From NCBI GenBank assembly GCA_904063045.1, contig CAJFCJ010000029.1, positions 310,001 to 374,000 on the forward strand: DNA of 64,000 nt, written 5' to 3'. Shown one piece after another: positions 24,987 through 35,500 of the stretch. Every line of letters begins with the position of its first letter. Position 1 is the stretch's first letter. Under the pieces are notes generated by a model. It saw only the letters and a list, made by a program, of their open reading frames with translations. It searched no databases and was not told where the DNA came from. Position numbers and translations under genes: made by a program. Source of the stretch: Dimorphilus gyrociliatus. Lineage: Eukaryota; Animalia; Annelida.

Positions 24987-25387
24987 TTCGCGAGTTTTGA
25001 AACAGAACCATTAACATTCAATAGTACACATTTTACAATGCATCGTTCTTCTTTCAAGCGCATGATCGCAAATGCAGGCGTGCTCGAAATAACGCTGATT
25101 GGCTGCAGTTTTCAGCTTCTGCTGCTGCTGTTGCTGCTGCTGTGCTCTTAAAAGTAGGCCTAGTTATTTGACACTTCACAGTACTTTAGCCCTTTCAGTA
25201 ATTTTATTATTTTTTTCTATTCGAAAACAAACCTTTCACCATAAATATTTTCGTATTTTGTACATTAATATGATTATTTAAACTGTACATTAAAAAATTG
25301 GTTACATAATTTATACAAGAGTGTACACAATCGCCTTTTCTTTGAAAATATAATTTACTTTCTAGATAATTATCAGTTCTGCAGCTG

Positions 25388-28300
25388 TTAAAAGAAGTTA
25401 GGCGCTGAGAATAAAATTGCAAACGTAGAACCAATAGTAAACAAAGTAAACATCCACAAACACAATCTATCAATCACCATAGCAGCAAATTTCCAATCAT
25501 TTTCTTCCTCTTCAAATTCTTCATCCTTTTTTATTTTACTAGTTAAAGTCTTCAATTCCTTCAAAATTTCAGCCAATTCGTTCTTGGGTAAAGCTGTCCT
25601 AAAAGCGGCATTACAACCTCCGTTACTACTAATTAACGTTTCATAAGTTCGAGTCTGATTGGGACGTACGAATCGGAAGTCATCATCTAAATCGAGGACG
25701 TTGGCTAGAAGAGATCGGGAAGAACGTTCCTTTAATTCCAAATCTCTCATTTTAGCATTTTGAAGTAATTTTCGACGTTTCATTTCTCTTCCAGGACGTT
25801 TTATTCTTAGGAACCAAGCAAGCCATTCACAAATGCCAGTTTTTACCTATATCATAAGTATGGATTAATACGCTCTTGTATATAACATATCCTGATTGCT
25901 TTTTCAAGTGTTCTTAATTGTTTGTTCTATTAATTGAACAAATTTAGGAGGTAATAAACAACCCATTAAAGCTTATCCCCAGAGATTGTAATGTTCTAAT
26001 TGATTCTACTAAGAGACTTTTCGCTTTTTTTTCGTATAAAAAAATAATTGTTCTCACTCGACGTACTTAAAAATTCATTAGAAAACATTACAAGATTTAC
26101 AAATAAGGATGCATCTATATTCATTTTTATAATACTTTATATATAACTAAATATGAAATAACGTAAATTTACCCAATTTGGCATTTGATGAGTATTCGGG
26201 GATCGATGATGGTAGTTTAATACAAGAACTGTAAAAACTACCGACATACTGCACATAAGCATTATGCAAGCAAAATAGAGCCCTATTAAAGGGACGGCGT
26301 CGCTGGTCGGTGGCATTGTTTCGGCGACGAGTAGCAGGAAAACGGTCAAGGATAAAAGAACGGTAACCCCTGAAAATAAATCCCTTAGATACCATTATGT
26401 TGATGATTCTTCATAACCATGCCCCGTTCATTGACGACATTGCACATCCTCCGACTACGGCATGCAACCGCAATATCCCGAACGCAGTGCGCCATCTGGT
26501 TTACTTGTTGGCTACGAAAAAGCAAATGAGCATGCAGGGTAGGATACCATTAGGATGTGAAAAAGATAAAGAAAAAAAGTTGCAAAAAATTCACATCTAT
26601 GTTTTGGTGATTAATGAAAATTAGGTGAAAAAAAATTAACAAAAAAGTAAATGATGAATAGACAAATTTCACTAACTCGCGATTCATGCGCACCTACCCA
26701 GCGATATTTTCTCGCCGGCATCCGGCGGTAAAACGAAGGTTAGCAGGGACATGGAAGAGATGAGCACACACGGAATGATCAGGTTGAAGCCGTAGTACAG
26801 AGTTCGACGCCGAATGTGGATGGTAAATGTGACGTCTATGTATTGTTCAGGACAACACTCGTAACTGCGCGTGTGACGCTTCCCAGCAACTTCTACAATT
26901 GTTGGAAGACTACAGTATAGTTGAATATTTCATACTTACCACACGTTATCTTTTCGCCGGCTTCGGAAGGCATAGCAAACATTACTAATGACAGTACTGA
27001 CATCATTAAACAAGGAACAACCAAATTGAAAACGTAATACAGATGGCGTCGTCTAATATGTAGTTCGAAAGTTGCGTCTATGAACTCTTGCTTGCAGCAG
27101 TCGTAGCGTTTCACGTTTCTGCGCGCCTGTAGTTCTAAACAATTTGCCCCAATCGTTCATTCATAAAGCGTAAAGCCGACGAAAAGCTATATCTGGGAAA
27201 ATAGGAAAATAAAACATCTAGCATCTCTTACCGATCAATTCCCATTCGCCGTTTGGAATAAAATCGGCTGTATCTCCGGTTTCCCTAAGAAGCAGGAGAT
27301 TTATTCCACTGCTATCGTAGGTCCATGAGCCAAATTTCATTGTGCACTTTTGATCATCAAAAGGGAACCACTTTATATCAATTTTACAAGTTGAGAGAAA
27401 TAATCCAGGAGGAACCCATTGACATAGTCCACTTGGATAAACAACGATATTCGTATGAAACGTACTGTCTATATCTTCGTCAGCACTATTATACATTAAT
27501 AGATCGGGCCGCCATATCTGATTGGCCGGCAATCGGATACTGCTTACATTCGGATAATCACTTTCGTTCCACTGAAGATTCGTGTCTGTCCAATGCTATT
27601 CAAGCAAAGGTGGGAAGGGAAGGGAATGGAAGGCAAGGTGTAGGAAAATAAAATTGAGGAGAGGGGGGAAAAGTGTGAAAGTAACAGAGATAAAGATAAA
27701 ATTGCGTTCGGAAAGGAGGGTAAAATGGAGAATGAAAATTGGTTGTGAAGAAAAGGAAGAAAAAGATTATTATTAGTAATTTTATTTAATAGTCACAGTA
27801 GCTAAAAAAGTATTTGTTTCATTTATCAAACCGTGAAGGACGTTTCCGATCAGTAGATAACTTACCATGTTTAACCAAGTATTGGTATGAATGACTTGGT
27901 TTTTTTCATCCTGTATGATATATTTACTTAATAAAATAATAAACACACTTTCTAAAAATTGGATTGAACTAAATAGTTCGGATTCTGTCTTTTGCTTTTA
28001 AAAGAGGAGAGAAGGGTGAAAAAACAGGAAATTTAGCTGTTCGGCAAACACGTCCTTCATGCTTTTATCTTTTTCTTTCCGCAAGGCCTCTACTTACCAT
28101 GTTCAACCAGACATTCGACGTTAAAATTTGGTTCTTTTCGTCCTGCGTGTGAACATGGCAAAGGTATGGCTTGCTATTTTTTTTAAATAATTAACATGCA
28201 ATCCATGATAAAAAAGAAAACCTCAGAACATAAATACGATTGAAAAACAATGAAATTCGATACACTTTTATTAGTTACAACGGGCGCAGTTAGAATTGGG

Positions 28301-30121
28301 ATGCTTAAAAAGAAATCATTGTACATCTAATGGAGCGTAAAAAGTCGAAAAACCCTCAAAAAAACAGCAGAGGCCTAATTTTTCTGTGGTATAAGCCAGA
28401 TTTTCCGACTACACCAACTAAGATGAGAGAAAAATTTAATGATCGTCATTTTCATTAGAGTAATGTCTGTCCTTTCAATTCTACTTTTTTCTTTCTGACC
28501 GTCTCTTACTTTATTTCTTTAACTGCCTATAATTTAGTTTCTGCTTCATCTTCTACTTCTGTCACTCTCACCCTCATCCTATATTTCTTGTCTCCTTTCT
28601 ACGCTTAAAATTCTTTTAATGTTTCTCACTGTCTTATTCTAGATCTCAATCCGTCTTCTTCTTTTTTTTCCTGTCCTTTTCTTTATTCATCATCTCGTCA
28701 CTCTATTTAGCTAGCTGTCCTCTTTCTCACCTGCTCTGATTTTCTAAATTAAGCGTGGGCGTTTCTGATTCTTAGAGAATAAATTATCAGGTTGAACGTC
28801 TTTTTACGATTATAGTTTAAATATAAGTGGGAACAAAAGGGTAAGAGGTATTAAACGAAATCAATCACTTGCTTACGACGTCTATAATTTGTTGCAAGGT
28901 GATCCCCAACGTAACATTAAGCGCGTCACTGTCACGCTCGACAGGTCGTTCTAACTTGTTATATTCTCTGACTTTGAAAATTTCGTGTAGCAGACGTCTT
29001 TCATTTGGACCCGATCTTACGAAGGTGCCTGTTTTAATCACAAAAAGGTGTTTTCAAGATTAAGCCGCAATACATGTGCTCCGTCGCCTTGGGGCCGGGC
29101 GATGGTCGGCTAATGGAGCGTGTCAGATCAACTGCAAAGTTGCGCCTGCTTATCGAACCGTCTGAGAAAAAAGCCGTTTTTCGGCCGTTATCACTTTCCC
29201 AACTGCAATTGACGCTGGTAAATATTTGCAGTCCTAATTGGACCTAGTAATTCAGAGAAGAAAAAAGCCTGTTCGATTTTCATCCTCTCTACCGTATTTA
29301 AATCCATCCTCTTCTTACCCCGGTCAGCAAATATTCCACTCATCATTCTTTTCATTTATTCCCCTTTACCCCTTTCCTCACGTTCTATTTTCTCCGTTTT
29401 TTATGGATTCCATTCATGTTTCGTGACCGCCTGTTACAGAGAGATAGGGTTTGCGGTCGATTGCGGTCGCGGGTCGAGCGTCGTTTAGGAAAAGAATGAT
29501 TTGTTGATGGTAATCGCTCCTAATCGCAACTGAATTAAAGTAATTGACCGTTCGACTGTCTTCCGGTGTAGGGTATTTTTCTCGAATCGAACGTTGCTAT
29601 GTACTTAGATGGAATATAGCAAGAACGATCATATAGAATTTGATGTATTTAATCTCAAGTTATAATGAAAAAGAAAAAAATTGACAACTTAGCGTAAAAT
29701 TACGTTTTTCGGCTTAGGCAATCGTCGATTTCAATTTCAGATTTGCTTATTCCCCACAGAATGTCGATAAGACAAACTTGAAGGATATAGAGCTTGAGCA
29801 TACATTTTTCTCTATTTAAATTTCAGAGAGCTTATTAAAGTGTTAGAAGAATACGAGAGGGAGACATGAATTTAATTATTTCCATGTCTAAGTGCATTAA
29901 TTTGCTCTATATACAGTATCAAAGTAAATATATATTATGTGACTAAGCCTTTGGCTTACAAAATTCAAGCAAAACAAATGAAACATCTGTCAATAGAGAA
30001 AAATCTGCCAAGTTTATACCCTGTCGAAGACTTCCACTTTGGATATTTTAAGTTTTTAATGAATCGGAAATTACTTACCACCGTAAGCTATTAGCAGATA
30101 GATAATCCTGATGTATAGCAT
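25388..30121 (-). CDS. Nicotinic acetylcholine receptor alpha subunit, alpha7 group (insect alpha5/6/7-like)
   Basis: Exons 30121-30079 (signal peptide), 29028-28877, [28142-28098 or 27910-27866], 27595-27232, [27134-26940 or 26892-26698], 26369-26173, 25846-25388. Cys-loop [15 protein letters not shown], loop-C vicinal CC, GEKI[13 protein letters not shown] (cation-selective), [23 protein letters not shown]4. Confidence 0.96.
26698..26892 (-). CDS. nAChR alternative loop C/M1 exon, copy b (canonical)
   Basis: ttgtag| 195 nt |gtaggt, phase 1 to 1; [65 protein letters not shown]; missed by the ORF track. Confidence 0.93.
26940..27134 (-). CDS. nAChR alternative loop C/M1 exon, copy a (divergent)
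   Basis: gtttag| 195 nt |gtaagt, phase 1 to 1; [65 protein letters not shown]. Confidence 0.9.
27866..27910 (-). CDS. nAChR alternative exon 3b (loop D)
   Basis: atacag| 45 nt |gtaagt; [15 protein letters not shown]. Confidence 0.92.
28098..28142 (-). CDS. nAChR alternative exon 3a (loop D)
   Basis: acgcag| 45 nt |gtaagt; [15 protein letters not shown]. Confidence 0.92.
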
Positions 30122-32566
30122 ATTATTTAACGAGCTTTTCAGCTCGAAAGCCGAAAAAAGCGAGAGACGTGGTTCAGTAGACGTGTAAAGCAATTATGAA
30201 AAAGTTTGCAGTTGCACTTAAAGACGCGTTGCTGCTGCGCATGCGCTCGCTAACTGGTTCACTTTTCCTCATAAGGTAAATAATTAATGACTGGATTGGA
30301 CACCCATACACAGCAATTCACTTTAAGTCGAAATTATTAGCTGCCTTGATTTTTAGCTGTAGACCCAAGTCCTTTGTTGAGTCGGTCCGAATTAAGACGA
30401 ACGTCGATTCTAGTATAGGCGACCATTAAGGACGAAACGACGTTCTCTAATCGAATTTAGCAGATGATAAAGTGCCGGCTAACGTTTGTGATTGATTCGA
30501 TTCTTGAAGCGGAACAAAAACGTTCGCTCATTAACGAATATCGAACGATTTAACACCTGTCTTTTCAAGTTTGAAAAAATGTGAGAATCGATTTCTCAAC
30601 CCTTTTTCAGGCGCATGAGCTATTCATTTATCTCCGTAAAGATCTCATCCCCTAGCGATTAACCGCATCGAAGGAAAGAAAAAGGAAGGCGACCGTCTAC
30701 GACACACGTATCGCCCTAAACTAAAAGGACACTTTATATTCGATAGCTAATTTCTTTCCTTTCTTCTCTCTTTTACTTTTATTTTCAAGAAGACCTCCCG
30801 ATTTCTAGGCCGAAAGCAGTTACTATTGTATATTTGTACAATGGATCGGTGCGCGTCAAGTTTTGACAGAGATAGTAATGAGTGTTTATCTTCTGTTTCT
30901 TTACGTCCTTTGGCTACTTCAACGACTCAGACTTGCTTATGTTAACTCAAGATATCTTCATAATACTTTTTGGTTAGGAAGAATTCAGCATGAAATTATT
31001 TTAGTAAAATATCTGCTTATCTATATGTTTATTAATTGCAATAACCTAATGAAAAGGGCATAAGGGCAGCTCTGACAAATTACATCGTACTATTCTGACC
31101 TCTTCAGAGGACTTTTTCTCGATTATAGTTTATTATCAAGTGTAAATTGAATTATGTCTAACTAATAAATATCTATCCAGAAATCTTTCGAAGTAATTTA
31201 GTATGAGTAGGCTTACGAGAGACCTATATTAAGCGCCAAATTCTTTTTAGTCGGAAGTAGAGTATTTATGTGGAAAATTGTTAAATTGCGCCACCTATCT
31301 GTAAAGACCTAAAAAGAAAAAAAAAGCAAAAAGGAAGAAAATCCTAAATACTCATAAAAGAGTGTGCAGATAAATCATAAAAAAAATAAGAATAGAAAAG
31401 GGTATGTTTTATGGTACTCTATATATTAAAAGGAAAACGATAAGAAATCTTATATCATATACAAATTCAGTGGAATAAGGATTATACTATATGTATGGCA
31501 TTATACGCAGTTTTGTAAACCTATAGATCTATCGAACACGTATATGAATATATTCAAGTAACTTTTGCATAAGTGTTCGCAGGAAATACCTTTATATAGT
31601 ATAAATACATAACATGAACATATTTTGTGTATAAATATATTGTGTAAAATCTACTTGTTAGGCTTTTATGTACATAAGCATAATACAAACAAGTACATTG
31701 TACGACGTTTAGCCCTATAGTTGGTATGTATACTTGTACGAGATAAATAAATATATCTTGTAACTGTGTAACCAAAGGGGGAAAATGAAAATTAATAAGC
31801 TGATTATTTCACTAACGAACCATTTGCTCGCATTTAAATTATATATGGTTAGTAATTCGATAAATAATCGACGAAGGTGAGCTTTTAAAAGTTGTGTATA
31901 CAATCGACCTTCACGGAAAAAAAATTCGATTGGGCTTATATCAACAATGATCTTTCGTCCTTGCTCCTTTTCACTATAATTCTATTATGTAACTTATACT
32001 TATATTCGTTAAAATACAAATTCGTAAATGCCTTGCAGCATATTCCATAAGAAATTTATAGATCCTCCTCTTAAATATTTGATTAGTAACAACATTGAAA
32101 AGGGATTGAAGATAGATAGAATTCAAATAGAAAGAAAACACTTATTATGTATTGTATATTGATATTTTATTCAATTTTTCATTATCATTATTATTATTAA
32201 AATTTTGAGATTTTCTAATCAATATTTCAAAAACAAAATACATTTTCATTTACATTTTTATATATAAAAGAACAAATTTGAAAAAATTTCATTGTTATAT
32301 AAAAAAAAAGAATAGTCTAAAGATAATAAAAAAAGCAAAAAATACGGGAAAAAAACTGAATAAACAAAGATGTCTGTTAATTAATTATCCACACAACATG
32401 ATCTTTTTTTGCTTCTTGTTTTTTTCCTATCATAAAAGAATACTGTCGGAACACACAGCACCGTGACTAGCAGTTGAAATAAAGAAACAGTTATTTTTTT
32501 TTTTATTTTTATGCTATCAACTCAAACGTCGGTTTTGTAATCGGATTTTTGGCACATTGAGAAACT

Positions 32567-35500
32567 TTAATCGGAAAAGCCGATAGGCGATGGGGGTGGT
32601 GGATAGGGATTATTATAAAACGAGCGCTCGGTTGAAGGGCTTACTGATAAGGCTTGGACGCTACTTCGAGGAGTTGGAGGATTCGGGTAGAAGCCGGAAG
32701 TATAGTTGGGAGGAGTTATATAATGCTTTTTTCTTAATTTTTTGCTTCTGTGCGGCTTTCTTGAACTGTACGTTGTTGTTACGGGACTAGGTGGAGGATC
32801 GACGAGAGGTGTGGATGATGATGATGTTGACGAACAACCTGTTACGTGACCTCGGTCGTATAAAATATCAGGTGCAGGTTGAGGCAAAACGTCAGGTAAT
32901 AGGGTGCTATGTGGAGAGTCTTTGGAATGTCCATCTGGAAGAGCTAAGCCCATTTCGTTTCTCGTTGAGGTGACATTGCTCACTGATTTTGTGGGATAAG
33001 TAGTTTTCTTCTTCTTATTTCTATCAGGAACTTGTCTTCTGCAGGCAACAACGATCACAATTACGATAAATGTTTTTAAAGCCACAGCAACTATTATAAT
33101 TATTATAATTTGGGCTCGATGAGGAGATGAAGGTCTATTAATGCTTTTACTTATATTACATTTTCGTTCGTCCGAATAGTCTGAACAATGCTTAATTCCA
33201 TCGCAATGCAAGCTTTTTGGAATACACGCTTTTCGGTGATCGCACATAAAATTTCCTGGAGGACAAGACTCTCGTTTTCTACAGTTTGCATCTGATTCAT
33301 CCCTCGAGTTAAGACAATCTGCTTGACCATCACATAGTTGATTCAATCCTATACACTCTAGAGGCTTAGATCGGCATGACCATTGCCCTATCGGGCATTC
33401 CGGACAATTTTTCTCATCAGATCCATCTTCGCAGTCGACAAATCCATCGCATCTCCACGAATCTACAATACATGTATCTTTGCACCTTATATAATTTTCC
33501 GCACATACAAAAGCTTCAGTGCAGGTTGCACGATCTCCTGACAACGTTAGATCTAAGGGACACGAGCATTTTGATGTCAATGACGAATCAGAAAATCCCC
33601 TTTCAGGTAAACATATATGAGAACATTTTCGACTTGGCTTTTTGCATGGATGATTATAATCAATGGCAGAAACGGATGATAGGCCTGCGATAAATTCAAA
33701 AGCCAATATTTTTGTCCTATCAGAGTTATTACTTAATCTAATCCTTTCAACCAAACCCTTTTTCCTCTCCGACCAGTAAAGCCATTCACCTAAAATGGCT
33801 AATGACCGAGGTTCACTTAAATGTTGAGACACGATTACTTTTCTTTGCCCTCCATCGTAATCAGTGCTCTCAATCTGACCCAACGAAACATCGGACCAAA
33901 ATACTTTTCTTGTTCTTGGATCAACTGCAATAGCAATAGGTTTTTCTAAGGTCTCCCCTGAAACAATTCTTAAAGCATTTTTTCCATCCAATGAAGCCCT
34001 CCAAATGCTTGGCCCTGGTAATAAAGACGTCCAAAAAATATAGCCGTTAATAGTATCGATAGCCATCTGTCTTGGTCTCTGCTTTTTATCTGTCGTCGAG
34101 AGTAAGATAGTCCCAACTCGTTCACCCGTATCAGTTCGGATTATATAAATGCTATTATTACGACCGTCAATCACATACAAATGACTGGAATAGGGATTAA
34201 CGACTAGATGAGATGGTTTGAATCTGGATGGATCCTCACTCTTCCACAGCACTATCGGGACAAAATCATTTTGGGAATCAGTTGCTTTAAGAATTACATT
34301 TCGCCTTCCGTCTATCCAGAAAACAGAGTTTGTTGAACTGTCATAAGTAACAGATCGAACGTTCCTCACTTCATCAAAAGGAAATGGAACAGTGGGACTA
34401 GCGTCATCCGGAACGTATCTATAGATTTTTGTCTTCTCCCCAACGACCAAAAACTCTTTCGGTCTTTCACAATTACCATCTTCACGTAGTTTATAATGTG
34501 TTGAGCAGAGACATCTGCTGGAATTATTTCCAACTCGAACGCATATATCTGAGCAATGTCTTTGCTTGCAGCTGTCGCCATCTATTGGTTTCCTTGGCGG
34601 CTGCAGGATGAGCAAATCGTTGGCCGACGTTTGCTTGATTACCCTAGCTGCTTTCAGCATTTTCTTGTTAGCGGTTACAATAGTCTTCCTCCTCTTTTCA
34701 ATCCAATAAATTGAATCGCTGTAGATTGCTAATCCAACAGGGTAATCGATGTCGCTAAAGGGTAGATTCCTAACATTTTTTCCGTCAAGATCGGAATATT
34801 GTATAAGGCCCGAATCCGAGTCGGCCCAGTACAATACAGAATTTTCGTAATCGATAGTTAAAGAGTGTATAGTACCTTCTTTGTTCTGGATAAGAGCTCG
34901 TCGATTCGTACCGTCCGCTCCACTGCGTTCCAGGGCGCTAACGAGCCGGATCGGTTTCGTTTTCGAATACGAATTGTGGGCAAAGTAAACGAAATTCGAA
35001 TAAGGGTCTACAAGCAATGATGTCAAATTGTTAATATCATTCCAAAAGAGTACTCGTCTTGCCGATCCGTCTATGGCACTCAATTCTACTCTTTTCGTTC
35101 GAGAGTCGATCCAATATAGATTTTGAGCCAGCCAATCAATAGTCAAATCAATTGGATTCTCTAATCCAGTTTTTATAACTATTTCTTCACCTGAACCATT
35201 CAGATAAGCGGATACTATAATTCTGTTAATCGAATCAATCCAGTACACCTTCTTTTTAATAGGGTCGAAAGACAAGGCTATAGCATTTTTAGCTGTAGAC
35301 GCCATCGTTATAAAATTTTGAGTTGAATCGTTTAGTGAAAAATAGTGAAGCCGTTTTTGAGCGGCATATAACAAAAAAGCATCTGATTTAATACAAGTTT
35401 TTGCATTCCCACTTAAGTAAAATCCTGAAGGACACTTGCATACGCCTTCAGTCGATCTTCTTAGACAAATGTAAGAACAACGGCGTCGTTTACAAACATC

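Noticed and set aside
26400-26560. GC-richer block in the nAChR intron as a third alternative exon or a docking site
   Set aside because: No frame resembles loop C/M1; the complementarity found to the copy-b donor region is only ~6 bp.
32590-34611. Small + strand ORFs over LRP5/6, and similar antisense ORFs over HCN, PKG and protocadherin
   Set aside because: Shadow ORFs opposite long coding exons; no motifs.
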